From NCBI GenBank assembly GCA_000175855.1, contig ACYB01000047.1, forward strand, positions 60,001 to 92,000: a DNA stretch of 32,000 bases, read 5' to 3'. The position numbers were made by a program, and so were the translations under genes. Of this stretch, positions 1 through 9,676 are shown piece by piece (positions within the stretch are counted from its first letter, which is position 1; each line of letters begins with the position of its first letter). The stretch comes from Raphidiopsis brookii D9 (GTDB taxonomy: Bacteria; Cyanobacteriota; Cyanobacteriia; Cyanobacteriales; Nostocaceae). The notes under the pieces are model-generated. The model did not search any database. It was not told the DNA's origin and saw nothing but the letters and a program-made list of their open reading frames with translations.

Positions 1-380
1 GCGGACTTTTTCCCTCACACACCCCATGTAGAAACAGTGGCCTTTCTAGAAAGATGAACCAACAAAAAAGAAAAATAATAATAATGAAAAAACAGCTTGT
101 CTATTGGGTGATAGTGATGCTAGGATGAGAGAAAGATAAGGAATGAAGTCCTTGCATATCAGCAGGATTAATTAATTATCGAAAACATTAGAAATTGGCT
201 CCAACCAGGTGCAGTTTTCCTATGAATGACCAATTACAGTTATCTAGTACAGAGTCTAATTATGAATAAGTTTAAATAGGTTTTGTGTAAAGGTGAGCAT
301 CGAAACAGCGAGTATCGGAAAAGCGCGTATTAAAACAGAAAATTAATGTCTAGCTAACCAAAAGCTACGGGGTTTCTCTT

Positions 381-851
381 GTGATTACCATTTCTCTCAG
401 ACTATTGGGGCGTTCTTGGGGCACTATTAGTTTTGCCTCAACCCTTTATTTATGTCCGATACTGGATCTACTATTAGCAGATATTCCGAAAAATCTACAG
501 CCAGAAATTAGGCTAGGACTACAAGAAGCCCTAGTGAATGCAGCCAAGCATGGAAATAATCTAGATCCTGGTAAGTTGGTAGTGGTGCGTTTTTCCTTTA
601 CAGATAATCAGTATTGGTGGACCATATCAGACCAAGGTAATGGATTTACACCCTGTTATCATAAACTAAGCGATTCCAGCGATTATTTGCCACCAGATGA
701 ATCAGAGAGCGGGAGGGGTATGAGCTTATTACATCAAATATTTGATCAAGTAGAGTGGAACCATAAAGGAACAGAACTAAGACTGTGTAAGCAGGTAGAA
801 ATTAGGAGGTTTTGGCATGCAAACCTGGTTCCGGTTTTGGGCTATAAGTGA
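381..851 (+). CDS. RsbW/SpoIIAB-like anti-sigma regulatory factor (GHKL/HATPase_c serine protein kinase)
   Basis: 156-aa ORF with a GTG start in the track. It has a GHKL N-box-like LQEALVNAAKHGNN, followed by ISDQGNGF and SGRGMSLL glycine motifs. The size is typical of partner-switching kinases. The 3' end overlaps the convergent ORF 842..1099 by 10 nt. Confidence 0.8.
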   Translation: MITISLRLLGRSWGTISFASTLYLCPILDLLLADIPKNLQPEIRLGLQEALVNAAKHGNNLDPGKLVVVRFSFTDNQYWWTISDQGNGFTPCYHKLSDSSDYLPPDESESGRGMSLLHQIFDQVEWNHKGTELRLCKQVEIRRFWHANLVPVLGYK

Positions 852-1099
852 CGACTGGGACAAGGAGGAGCAGATATGGACTTATCCAACCAACCCACAG
901 CCTGATTTAACCTAGCTTGAGCTTCCAAGGGTTCATTTTTGACCAAAAACACCATTGCTGCAGCCACAAGCTCACTGGCCCGGGCATTGCGGTGGGATTT
1001 GAGACGATGCCAATCATCGGGAGAGATGCTTAATTTTCCCATCAAAGCCTGAGCCAATTCCAGGGTGCTGTAATTATTTAACTCACTGTTTAAAGACAT
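842..1099 (-). CDS. small conserved hypothetical protein (helical, no recognisable motif)
   Basis: 85-aa ORF with non-repetitive, protein-like composition that fills the gap between flanking genes. I cannot assign a function from the sequence. Confidence 0.45.
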   Translation of the reverse strand: MSLNSELNNYSTLELAQALMGKLSISPDDWHRLKSHRNARASELVAAAMVFLVKNEPLEAQARLNQAVGWLDKSISAPPCPSRHL

Positions 1100-1162
1100 A
1101 ATACTTAAAGCCTAATAGATACTAGCTATTATAGCGAACAATCCAACACCAGTCCATAAGTA

Positions 1163-1496
1163 ATGACTAACCCAGAGGGAAAAGAGATTGAGCAACAACT
1201 AGAGCAGTTAGAAAACGAACTAATGCTGTTAAAACAAAGATATAGTCAAATAGAAAGGGATCAACAAAAAAAAAGCTGAATGGCAACAAAAAGCCAAAGA
1301 TATCCAACAGGCTAAAAACCGGACTGAGGAGATGAGATTTGAGCTTAGGCGTATAGAAAAAGAGATAGAACTAATAGAAATTAATTTAGAAAGTAAATTA
1401 ATTTCTTGGAGAAGTCTAAACAAACCCTTTTGGCAAGTTATTCGATTTGGTGGACTAGGCATTCTTATAGGTTGGTGGTTAAAATCATGGATGTGA
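1163..1496 (+). pseudogene. coiled-coil protein with C-terminal membrane anchor, split by a frameshift in an A9 run
   Basis: ATG 1163 reads MTNPEGKEIEQQLEQLENELMLLKQRYSQIERDQQKKS and stops at TGA 1277..1279. The frame starting at 1275 continues AEWQQKAKDIQQ...FWQVIRFGGLGILIGWWLKSWM to TGA 1494..1496. The junction is the homopolymer at 1266..1274. Confidence 0.65.
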
Positions 1497-1509
1497 ATTA
1501 GCGAGTTCC

Positions 1510-1857
1510 GTAAGGTGTCAGATCATAGTTGCAAATCAGGAATCTTTATCACCTCAACAAGAATTAGTGGAAGACCTAATGGCAATTATCCACTGCTTTT
1601 CTTGTCGATTGTACGAATTGAGGAATTACTCCAAATAAATTAAGGATAATCTCAAAAATGCTATTGACAAACCTGCACGAGATATGTCAGGTTTAGAAAA
1701 CAAAGAAATACATTGCTAAGGATGAGTAATGCTTTTATCTATCAAAACAAAACTCAAGTTAAATAAAACCCAGGAAATATTAATGGCTGTTCAGCCATTA
1801 ATAGCAAGTGCTAAGGCGCACAGCAAAGCTATACATAGTAAAAGAACCCAATTGTAG
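1510..1857 (+). mobile_element. degraded IS607-family (IS200/IS605 superfamily) remnant: tnpA C-terminal fragment plus tnpB N-terminal fragment
   Basis: 1522..1638 encodes IIVANQESLSPQQELVEDLMAIIHCFSCRLYELRNYSK*, which resembles the C-terminal tail of serine-recombinase-type TnpA. 1729..~1790 encodes MLLSIKTKLKLNKTQEILMA, which resembles a TnpB/OrfB N-terminus; similarity is then lost, with a stop at 1855..1857. No catalytic domains or recognisable element ends are present. Confidence 0.5.
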
Positions 1858-1860
1858 AAA

Positions 1861-3252
1861 ATGATTGAACATCGAATTGCCACAATACTAAGAAGTAGTC
1901 AACCTGAAGAAACGCTAGTAGTACGAGGGTGGGTAAGAACTAAACGAGAACTCAAGGGATTTACCTTTTTAGAAATCAATGACGGTTCATGTTTAGCCAA
2001 TCTACAGATAGTTATTAATCAGGACTTACCCCAGTACCAGACAATAATAAAACAAATAAATACAGGTGCTTCTGTGGAAGTTGGGGGAGTGTTAGTTGCA
2101 TCTCAAGGGAAAGGACAGAGAATAGAGCTAAAAGCGGAAGGTGTAAAAGTATATGGAGATGCAGATCCAGAAACTTATCCTTTACAAAAGAAACGTCATT
2201 CCTTTGAGTTTTTGAGAAGCATTGCCCACCTACGTAGTAGAACCAACTCCTTTGGGGCGGTATTTCGGGTGAGAAATGCTTGTGCGACTGCCATACATCA
2301 GTTTTTCCAACAGAGAGGTTTTATGTGGGTGCATACCCCCATTTTAACTGCTAGTGATTGTGAAGGAGCAGGAGAATTATTTAGTGTCACCAGTTTGAAT
2401 TTGAAAGATATTCCCCGGAAAGAAAACCAAGAGGTTGATTACAGTCAAGATTTTTTTGGCAAACCGACCTATTTAACAGTGAGTGGGCAATTAGAAGCAG
2501 AAATCATGGCCATGGCATTTACTAACGTTTATACCTTTGGTCCAACATTTAGAGCGGAGAATTCTCACACTTCTAGACATTTAGCAGAGTTTTGGATGGT
2601 AGAGCCAGAAATGGCCTTTTGCGACTTAGAAGGTGATATGAACTTAGCAGAAGACTTTCTTAAACATATTTTCCGATATGTAATGGAGAACTGTGAACAA
2701 GATATGGAGTTTTTCAATGAAAGAATTGACAACACCGTATTAGAAACAGCAGAAAATATTGTTAACAACCAGTTTGAGAGATTGACCTATACAGATGCCA
2801 TCCAAATGTTAGAGAAAGCAGAAGTCAAATTTGATTACCCAGTAGAATGGGGCTTAGATTTGCAGTCAGAACACGAGCGTTACCTAGCAGAGCAGCTTTT
2901 TAAAAAGCCGGTAATTGTTACGGATTATCCCGCACAAATCAAGGCATTTTATATGAAACTAAATAACGATGAGAAAACAGTACGTGCCATGGATATTTTA
3001 GCTCCTAAAATAGGGGAAATTATTGGGGGTTCCCAAAGGGAAGAAAGACTAGATATTTTAGAGAGAAGGGTCCTAGCTCAGGGCATGAAACCAGAAGATT
3101 TATGGTGGTATTTGGATCTACGTCGTTACGGAACCGTACCCCATGCGGGGTTTGGTCTAGGATTTGAAAGGTTAGTGCAATTTATGACGGGTATGGGAAA
3201 TATTAGAGATGTCATTCCCTTTCCACGTACACCACAAAGTGCAGAGTTTTAA
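1861..3252 (+). CDS. asnS: asparagine--tRNA ligase
   Basis: 463 aa. It has an N-terminal OB anticodon-binding domain ([24 protein letters not shown]). Class IIb motifs are present ([38 protein letters not shown]), and the C-terminus [10 protein letters not shown] is typical. Confidence 0.97.
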   Translation: MIEHRIATILRSSQPEETLVVRGWVRTKRELKGFTFLEINDGSCLANLQIVINQDLPQYQTIIKQINTGASVEVGGVLVASQGKGQRIELKAEGVKVYGDADPETYPLQKKRHSFEFLRSIAHLRSRTNSFGAVFRVRNACATAIHQFFQQRGFMWVHTPILTASDCEGAGELFSVTSLNLKDIPRKENQEVDYSQDFFGKPTYLTVSGQLEAEIMAMAFTNVYTFGPTFRAENSHTSRHLAEFWMVEPEMAFCDLEGDMNLAEDFLKHIFRYVMENCEQDMEFFNERIDNTVLETAENIVNNQFERLTYTDAIQMLEKAEVKFDYPVEWGLDLQSEHERYLAEQLFKKPVIVTDYPAQIKAFYMKLNNDEKTVRAMDILAPKIGEIIGGSQREERLDILERRVLAQGMKPEDLWWYLDLRRYGTVPHAGFGLGFERLVQFMTGMGNIRDVIPFPRTPQSAEF

Positions 3253-3435
3253 TTTGGATACAACTTATTACTTTTTCCTCCCCAATGTTGATTATGGCAT
3301 GGGTAATCCTGACTCCGATCACCAAACTGTCTAGGTAGTTGTTTTATACTTTGCCATCATGCTATTCTTGATTGGTGGGGGGAAATTAGCTTTCTCCTCT
3401 TGATTTTTTGATAAAAATTACAACCTGGGAAAATT

Positions 3436-3882
3436 ATGACAGCTGAATTGCCATTCTTTACAGCAAAATTACTAGCAGCTAAAAAAGCCAAGGGGTTGGG
3501 CTTTGCGGATCTAGAAAGGTTAATAGGAAAAGATGAAGTTTGGATTGCCTCTTTGTTTTATGGTCAAAACAGCACCAGTGTGGAAGAAGCGACCAAAATC
3601 GCCGATATTTTAGGTTTAGATCAGGATATAGTCGCCGCTTTAACCTCCTTTCCCAGCAAAGGTTTGGGTCCTGTTGTCCCAACGGATCCTTTAATTTATC
3701 GCTTCTATGAAATTATTCAAGTTTATGGTTATCCTATGAAAGAAATAATTCACGAGAAGTTTGGTGATGGTATTATGAGCGCTATTGACTTCACTCTTAA
3801 TATTGAGAAGATAGAGGATGAAAAGGGTGACCGTGTACAAGTAACAATGAATGGTAAATTTCTACCATACAAAAAATGGTAG
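3436..3882 (+). CDS. cynS: cyanate hydratase (cyanase)
   Basis: 148 aa. The length and sequence are typical of CynS ([12 protein letters not shown]..., [33 protein letters not shown] at the C-terminus). No cynABD transporter genes are adjacent. Confidence 0.96.
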   Translation: MTAELPFFTAKLLAAKKAKGLGFADLERLIGKDEVWIASLFYGQNSTSVEEATKIADILGLDQDIVAALTSFPSKGLGPVVPTDPLIYRFYEIIQVYGYPMKEIIHEKFGDGIMSAIDFTLNIEKIEDEKGDRVQVTMNGKFLPYKKW

Positions 3883-4059
3883 TAGTTCATAACTAGACTC
3901 TTAAGTAATCTCTGACTACCTCATTCTAGCATGGTCAAGAACAGAATTTGCTTAGTTGGTACTGAAAAATCTGACCAGGTGATCCAAAAGTTAATTCGGG
4001 TCCGTCATTAAAATAAAGGAAATAAAAACCTTAAGTCCCCTACCAACTAAGTTTGTGTT

Positions 4060-4914
4060 ATGAACTGGAAGAAGTTTTTGCCAACTTACCCTTTATGGCA
4101 ACGTCGCTGGGTCTACCCTGTAATTTCATCAATTGTTGCTCTAAGTCTGTGTTTGAGTACATCCCTACCCAGTCGCGCCATTGATCTGTTGCCTCTCTTA
4201 CTTCGAGGTGCACAAATACTACAACTGTCCAATTTATCCACTAATCAAGAAGTGGAACTAGGAAGACAGATGAATGACCAGATAAGTCGAGAAGTCCGAA
4301 TTTCCCGTAATCAGCAACTAACTAACTATGTGTCCCAGGTGGGTAGAAGGTTGGTACTTAATGCTAACCGGGCCAATATTCCCTATACCTTTCAAGTTGT
4401 GGAAGATGAACAAATTAATGCTTTCGCTACTTTAGGTGGTTTTGTTTATATTCATACTGGATTATTAAAAGCTGCTGATAATGAAGCTGAGTTAGCTAGT
4501 GTGATTGGACACGAAATGGGTCATATTGAGGGTAGACATTTAATCGAGCAAATGAAACAAAGGGCTATTGCTAGTGGTGTGGCTAGTATAACTGGTTTAG
4601 ATCGTAGTCAAGCTGTAGCTATTGGTGTAGACCTAGCCTTAAATCGTCCTAGAAGTCGCAAGGATGAGTTTGATGCTGACGCTAGGGGGTTAAGAATTTT
4701 GACAGGGAGTGGTTACTCACCCACAGCAGCAGTTTCTTTCATGAGAAAGCTTCAGTCACAGGGTTCCACACCTACTTTTTTGAGTACCCACCCTGCAACT
4801 GGGGACAGAATTAATCGGCTACAACAACAAATTAATCAATTTCCACAAATCAATTCTAATGATGGATTAGACAGTACTAGTTACAGAAACAATCTGCAAG
4901 TACTATTCCGATAG
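4060..4914 (+). CDS. M48 family zinc metallopeptidase (secreted or membrane-anchored)
   Basis: 284 aa. There is an N-terminal hydrophobic segment (VYPVISSIVALSLCLSTSLPSRA), an HExxH site in VIGHEMGHIEGRH, and a downstream EFDADARG typical of M48/Ste24-like peptidases. Confidence 0.88.
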   Translation: MNWKKFLPTYPLWQRRWVYPVISSIVALSLCLSTSLPSRAIDLLPLLLRGAQILQLSNLSTNQEVELGRQMNDQISREVRISRNQQLTNYVSQVGRRLVLNANRANIPYTFQVVEDEQINAFATLGGFVYIHTGLLKAADNEAELASVIGHEMGHIEGRHLIEQMKQRAIASGVASITGLDRSQAVAIGVDLALNRPRSRKDEFDADARGLRILTGSGYSPTAAVSFMRKLQSQGSTPTFLSTHPATGDRINRLQQQINQFPQINSNDGLDSTSYRNNLQVLFR

Positions 4915-4934
4915 CTGTAGCTAAGTGCAGGTGA

Positions 4935-4977
4935 GCCAGAACGCTTATTTATTTAAACCTGTCTATCGCGTTCTGGC
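4935..4977. terminator. 10-bp inverted repeat between convergent genes (possible bidirectional terminator)
   Basis: GCCAGAACGC (4935..4944) pairs perfectly with GCGTTCTGGC (4968..4977) across a 23-nt AT-rich loop. It lies between the M48 gene (end 4914) and the phosphoesterase gene (end 4997). There is no clean U-tract. Confidence 0.35.
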
Positions 4978-4996
4978 AATGGGAAGTCTAACTAAT

Positions 4997-5758
4997 CTAA
5001 CTAACTTGTTTATAGCGACCACTGAGTTTGATTTCTTGTGGATTGATTTTGCTTAGCGCTTTTTCCAAGGGTAAACAGCGAGTGCTGTTTTTAAAAACAT
5101 TCACCTGGTAAACTAAGCTGTTAGTTATATCCAGTCCAGTCAACCAACCACTGCGGGGATGATATGCACCAGTGTCAATATCTAGCCACCCCTGACCCTG
5201 TGCTAAATCTCCAGGTTTCACCCCTGGTAAGGTAAAGGTGATTGTGTGTCCTGTAACAATTAGTTTGTTTGTAAAGTATGGAGTTTTCATACTATGAAAC
5301 TCCTCTCTAATCCAGCATAGATCTCCTTCTGTTTGCTCAGACAAAGACTTGTTTGGATTAACTCCCGCATGGGCTAACAAAATATCTCCCAAATCAAGAT
5401 ATGTAGGTAAACTGCCAAACCAGTCCAAATCTTCTTGGGGTATTCTTGCCGATCTATAACTGGCCATGGTAGCTTGTCCCCCACTATATAACCATGATTG
5501 TACAGCTTTACTTGATGTGTAATGATGAACCATCACATTCATAATCATTTCCTCATGATTACCTAGGAGACAGGGATAATTATTTTCCTTAACAAATTTG
5601 ACCACCTGAGCACTTTGTGGACCTCGGTCTATTAAGTCTCCCAGGAAATATACCTGATCCCCTGAGTTAGGTGCAATTTTCTCCATGAGCAGCATTAGAC
5701 CTTGATAGTGACCGTGCACGTCCCCGATAATAATTCGCCGTGAATTAGTTGCGCTCAT
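4997..5758 (-). CDS. metallophosphoesterase (PPP-family Ser/Thr phosphatase / ApaH-like)
   Basis: 253 aa. The canonical calcineurin-like motifs appear in order: IGDVHGH, GDLIDRGP, GNHE, then a later GH. Confidence 0.85.
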   Translation of the reverse strand: MSATNSRRIIIGDVHGHYQGLMLLMEKIAPNSGDQVYFLGDLIDRGPQSAQVVKFVKENNYPCLLGNHEEMIMNVMVHHYTSSKAVQSWLYSGGQATMASYRSARIPQEDLDWFGSLPTYLDLGDILLAHAGVNPNKSLSEQTEGDLCWIREEFHSMKTPYFTNKLIVTGHTITFTLPGVKPGDLAQGQGWLDIDTGAYHPRSGWLTGLDITNSLVYQVNVFKNSTRCLPLEKALSKINPQEIKLSGRYKQVS

Positions 5759-6004
5759 AAGTGTCTCAATTTGTCTAATAAACTAAAAGTCATTAAGATG
5801 AATATCTTAAATTAAACGTGGTATTTTTACTCTGCTAATTTTAAACTACACAGTTGTCAGTTGGTTTTCAGATATAGCGGTTTATTTTTTCCCCAAAATC
5901 ATAGTCAATGTTAAGTGATATTACAAACTTTAGAAAAATATTGAGAAATTAATCTCAGAGCAATCATGATTTTAAGGTAGAACTTATAGGATAGACGCGA
6001 GGCA

Positions 6005-6325
6005 ATGATGAATAAGAATAATATTCAAAACTATCGCTTTGTTTGTACCCTCACATTTGGTGATATCTACGGTCAAATTGTTGCTTGGTTAATCACAATT
6101 ACACTTAGTCTAGCTTCAGCTTTAGCATTGATAGGTGCTAGAAGACCTGTATATGCTTTAGCTGCAGTAGGACTTGTGGTTGTTTTTACTCTCCCATTTC
6201 TGTTGTTTGCTTTTGTCACCACTCTATTAAACCATATAGAGCTAAATGCTGTCGAGTTAGAAACAAAAACACAAACGATAGCGGATGGTGTTCCGGTGCA
6301 AAAACCGATTCAAGCCAACAGTTGA
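6005..6325 (+). CDS. small hypothetical membrane protein (2 predicted TM segments)
   Basis: 106-aa ORF with two long hydrophobic stretches (IVAWLITITLSLASALALIG and YALAAVGLVVVFTLPFLLFAFV). A good intrinsic terminator follows it. Confidence 0.5.
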   Translation: MMNKNNIQNYRFVCTLTFGDIYGQIVAWLITITLSLASALALIGARRPVYALAAVGLVVVFTLPFLLFAFVTTLLNHIELNAVELETKTQTIADGVPVQKPIQANS

Positions 6326-6379
6326 AATCAGTAAAATATGGGTGGTGCTTACTGGTCTAATGACGACTGAAAATAACAT

Positions 6380-6406
6380 CCCTGTTCCCAAACAGGGTAT
6401 TTTTTT
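6380..6406 (+). terminator. rho-independent terminator
   Basis: The stem CCCTGTT (6380..6386) pairs with AACAGGG (6391..6397) around a 4-nt loop, followed by TATTTTTTT. Confidence 0.7.
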
Positions 6407-6417
6407 CCAATAGGGAG

Positions 6418-8154
6418 TTGATGACGATGATAGAACATGATGTAGTTATTGTCGGTGGTGGTTTAGCTGGATGTCGAGCAGCATTAGAAATTGCCAGAAC
6501 TGATCCTAGCTTAAAAGTAGCACTGGTGGCCAAAACCCATCCTATTCGTTCTCACTCAGTAGCTGCTCAGGGGGGAATGGCAGCTTCCCTGAAAAATGTG
6601 GATACTCAAGACAGTTGGCAAGCCCACGCTTTTGATACGGTCAAGGGTTCAGATTACTTAGCAGACCAAAATGCTGTGGCCATTCTCACTCAGGAAGCAC
6701 CTGATGTGGTGATTGATTTGGAACATCTGGGAGTGTTATTTTCTCGTTTACCAGATGGGAGAATTGCTCAGAGGGCTTTTGGTGGACATTCCCATAATCG
6801 CACCTGTTACGCAGCTGATAAAACCGGTCATGCTATCCTCCATGAGTTGGTTAGTAATTTGGGACGCTATGGGGTACAAATATATCAAGAGTGGTATGTG
6901 ACTAGACTGATTATGGAAGATAATGAAGCCAAAGGTTTAGTTATGTTCCACTTACTAGATAGTAGAATTGCCGTTCTACGCGCCAAGGCAATTATGTTTG
7001 CTACCGGTGGCTATGGTCGTGTTTACAACACTACTTCAAATGATTATGCCTCTACAGGTGATGGTTTGGCAATGACCGCATTAGCTGGACTACCTTTGGA
7101 AGATATGGAGTTTGTCCAATTTCATCCCACCGGTCTATATCCGGTGGGAGTGCTGATCTCTGAAGCGGTTCGAGGAGAAGGTGCCTATTTAATTAATGCC
7201 CAGGGCGCCCGTTTTATGGTTAACTATGCTCCTAGCCGCATGGAGCTGGCACCTCGTGATATTACATCCAGAGCGATCGCCTACGAGATTCGCGCAGGTA
7301 GAGGTGCTAATTTAGACGGAACTGCTGGTGGACCCTTTGTTTATCTAGATTTAAGACATCTAGGAAGGGAAAAAATCATGAGTAGAGTACCTTTTTGTTG
7401 GGAAGAGGCCCATAGGTTAGTGGGCGTGGATGCGGTCACCCAACCTATGCCAGTGCGTCCCACTATTCATTATTGTATGGGTGGTATTCCGGTGAACACT
7501 GATGGACAAGTACGTCGCAATAGCAGTGAGTTAGTCGAGAGCTTTTTTGCTGCTGGAGAAAGTGCCTGTGTATCTGTTCATGGTGCTAATCGTTTAGGTA
7601 GTAACTCTCTATTAGAATGTGTAGTTTATGGCAGACGTACTGGAGCGAAACTAGTCGAATATGTACAAAACCGTAAACTACCAGTTATAGATGAACAAAA
7701 TTATATAAGAGCGGCCCAGGAAGAGATTGAGAGTTTACTGGCACAACCGGGAAAATATCGTATCAATCAAATTCGTGAACAGCTTCAGGACACAATGACA
7801 GATTTTTGTGGAGTATTTAGAACTGCAGAACTAATGAAGGAAGGATTAGAAAGAATTGAAGAAATTGAAGCTAAGTCTTATCAGATACACTTAGATGACA
7901 AGGGCAAGTGTTGGAATACGGAATTAGTAGAGGCTATGGAGTTAAAGAGCTTAATGGTAGTCGGTAAAACCATATTAGCATCAGCATTTAGTCGTCAAGA
8001 AAGTAGAGGTGCCCATTTTAGAGAAGATTTTCCCAGTCGAGATGATCACCAGTTTTTAAACCATAGTATGGCTTACTACTCACCTCTACAAATTAGAATA
8101 GAGTATATGCCAGTAGTAGTAAATATGTTTGAGCCCCAGGAGAGGAAATATTAA
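6418..8154 (+). CDS. sdhA: succinate dehydrogenase / fumarate reductase flavoprotein subunit
   Basis: 578 aa in the track (TTG 6418). ATG 6421 or 6427 is the more likely start, since GGGAG lies at 6413..6417. It has the FAD Rossmann motif VVIVGGGLAGCRAA, then FHPTG, RGEG and ESRGAHFRED motifs. Confidence 0.93.
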   Translation: MMTMIEHDVVIVGGGLAGCRAALEIARTDPSLKVALVAKTHPIRSHSVAAQGGMAASLKNVDTQDSWQAHAFDTVKGSDYLADQNAVAILTQEAPDVVIDLEHLGVLFSRLPDGRIAQRAFGGHSHNRTCYAADKTGHAILHELVSNLGRYGVQIYQEWYVTRLIMEDNEAKGLVMFHLLDSRIAVLRAKAIMFATGGYGRVYNTTSNDYASTGDGLAMTALAGLPLEDMEFVQFHPTGLYPVGVLISEAVRGEGAYLINAQGARFMVNYAPSRMELAPRDITSRAIAYEIRAGRGANLDGTAGGPFVYLDLRHLGREKIMSRVPFCWEEAHRLVGVDAVTQPMPVRPTIHYCMGGIPVNTDGQVRRNSSELVESFFAAGESACVSVHGANRLGSNSLLECVVYGRRTGAKLVEYVQNRKLPVIDEQNYIRAAQEEIESLLAQPGKYRINQIREQLQDTMTDFCGVFRTAELMKEGLERIEEIEAKSYQIHLDDKGKCWNTELVEAMELKSLMVVGKTILASAFSRQESRGAHFREDFPSRDDHQFLNHSMAYYSPLQIRIEYMPVVVNMFEPQERKY

Positions 8155-8168
8155 TATAATGTGAGAAG

Positions 8169-9674
8169 ATGAGAGTAAAACAAACTATGCTGATCCAAGA
8201 TAAAAAAGAAATAGATTGGAAACCAATTATTAAAGAATTCATAGCCGTGCTAGGTGAAAAAGGTGTAGTTCAACGGAAAGAAGAACTAATAACCTACGAG
8301 TGTGACGGCCTAACCAGTTATCGTCAAAGACCAGCAGTGGCAGTTTTACCCCGTACCACTGAACAGGTAGCAGCAGTAGTAAAGATTTGTAACCGGTATT
8401 CCATACCCTTTATTGCCAGAGGTTCGGGTACAGGGTTGTCTGGTGGGGCTTTGCCATTAGAGAATTCAGTATTAATTGTTACTTCTTTAATGCGGCAAAT
8501 TCTCAACATAGATTTAGAGAACCAACGTGTTATTGTCCAACCTGGAATTATCAACAGTTGGGTAACTCAGGCGGTTAGTGGTGCCGGTTTTTACTTTGCT
8601 CCGGACCCTTCAAGTCAAATTATCTGCTCTATTGGTGGTAATATTGCGGAAAATTCCGGAGGTGTACACTGTTTAAAATACGGTGTGACTACTAACCATG
8701 TGTTGGGTCTAAAAATAGTTCTTCCTGATGGGTCAATCACTGATCTTGGGGGACAGATTCCAGAAATGCCAGGTTACGATTTAACGGGAGTGTTTGTCGG
8801 TTCAGAGGGAACCTTAGGCATTGCTACGGAAATTACCCTGAAAATCCTCAAAACTGCCGAATCAATTTGTGTATTACTAGCGGATTTCACCAGCGTAGAA
8901 GCTGCTGCAGCTAGTGTGTCTGATATAGTCAGTGCGGGGATAATTCCCGGTGGCATGGAAATGATGGATAACATTAGTATTAATGCTGTAGAAGATGTGG
9001 TGGCTACTAATTGCTACCCCCGTGATGCAGCGGCAATTTTATTAGTGGAGGTGGATGGACTAACAGTAGAAGTTAATGCTAATAAACAAAAGGTGACAGA
9101 TATTTGTTTAAAGAATGGAGCGCGTAACATCACAGCTGCATCTGACCCGGAAACGAGATTGAAATTGTGGAAAGGTAGAAAAGCTGCTTTTGCTGCAGCA
9201 GGTCATGTCAGCCCAGATTATTACGTTCAAGACGGGGTTATCCCTCGCACCCAACTACCTTATGTTCTCACAGAAATTGAGGCTTTAAGCCAAAAATATG
9301 GTTATAGAATAGCCAATGTTTTTCATGCAGGAGATGGTAATTTACATCCTCTGATTTTATTTGATAATTCCATACCAGGAGAATTAGAAAAGGTGGAAGA
9401 AGTGGGAGGAGAAATTCTCAAGTTATGTGTGAAAGTTGGTGGTAGCATTTCTGGAGAACACGGTATAGGAGCTGACAAGAAGTGTTATATGCCAGATATG
9501 TTTAGTGATACGGATTTAGAAACTATGCAATGGGTAAGGGAGGTTTTTAACCCTCAGAGCCTAGCTAATCCAGGGAAAATTTTCCCCACACCGCGTACCT
9601 GTGGAGAAGGTGCAAAAGCATCTTCAAATGCACAATTTTCTTCACCACTTTCACCTCATATAGAAAGGTTTTAA
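8169..9674 (+). CDS. glcD: FAD-linked oxidase, glycolate dehydrogenase subunit GlcD-like
   Basis: 501 aa. It has a PCMH-type FAD-binding domain (ARGSGTGLSGGA...) and a C-terminal GGSISGEHGIG motif. It starts 14 nt after the sdhA stop. Confidence 0.88.
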   Translation: MRVKQTMLIQDKKEIDWKPIIKEFIAVLGEKGVVQRKEELITYECDGLTSYRQRPAVAVLPRTTEQVAAVVKICNRYSIPFIARGSGTGLSGGALPLENSVLIVTSLMRQILNIDLENQRVIVQPGIINSWVTQAVSGAGFYFAPDPSSQIICSIGGNIAENSGGVHCLKYGVTTNHVLGLKIVLPDGSITDLGGQIPEMPGYDLTGVFVGSEGTLGIATEITLKILKTAESICVLLADFTSVEAAAASVSDIVSAGIIPGGMEMMDNISINAVEDVVATNCYPRDAAAILLVEVDGLTVEVNANKQKVTDICLKNGARNITAASDPETRLKLWKGRKAAFAAAGHVSPDYYVQDGVIPRTQLPYVLTEIEALSQKYGYRIANVFHAGDGNLHPLILFDNSIPGELEKVEEVGGEILKLCVKVGGSISGEHGIGADKKCYMPDMFSDTDLETMQWVREVFNPQSLANPGKIFPTPRTCGEGAKASSNAQFSSPLSPHIERF

Positions 9675-9676
9675 AC

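Noticed and set aside
1-128. Possible gene ends at the left edge: a plus-frame stop at 55..57, a minus-strand ATG at 27..25 running off the window, and a 24-aa ORF at 54..128
   Set aside because: The fragments are too short to evaluate and nothing recognisable is present.
299-343. Three consecutive imperfect 15-nt units (ATCGAAACAGCGAGT / ATCGGAAAAGCGCGT / ATTAAAACAGAAAAT) upstream of the first RsbW-like gene
   Set aside because: Identity is only 12/15 and 10/15 in an A-rich context. This is too weak to call an operator or repeat without comparative data.
1229-1462. 77-aa minus-strand ORF from the track
   Set aside because: It is low-complexity (Ser/Ile/Leu/Phe-rich) and lies exactly antisense to a much more protein-like plus-strand frame, the frameshifted coiled-coil gene. 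It is an antisense artefact of an AAG/GAA-rich gene.
2565-2768. ORFs nested or antisense inside strong genes. This one lies in asnS. Similar cases are 3479..3682, 6713..6901, 8324..8554, 8774..8974, 10820..11263, 15289..15537, 15648..15884, 16762..16998, 22243..22596, 23982..24224, 24303..24500, 27574..27789, 28371..28553, 28887..29213, 30335..30517, 30789..31165 and 31236..31448.
   Set aside because: Each overlaps a confidently identified gene on the other strand or in another frame. None has a recognisable motif, and their composition is typical of shadow ORFs.
3335-3349. NtcA-like palindrome GTA-N-TAC upstream of cynS
   Set aside because: The spacing is N9 (GTAGTTGTTTTATAC), not the canonical GTA-N8-TAC. 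The nearest TAN3T box (3363..3368) lies only 13 nt downstream, not about 22 nt. This is not a convincing NtcA-activated promoter.
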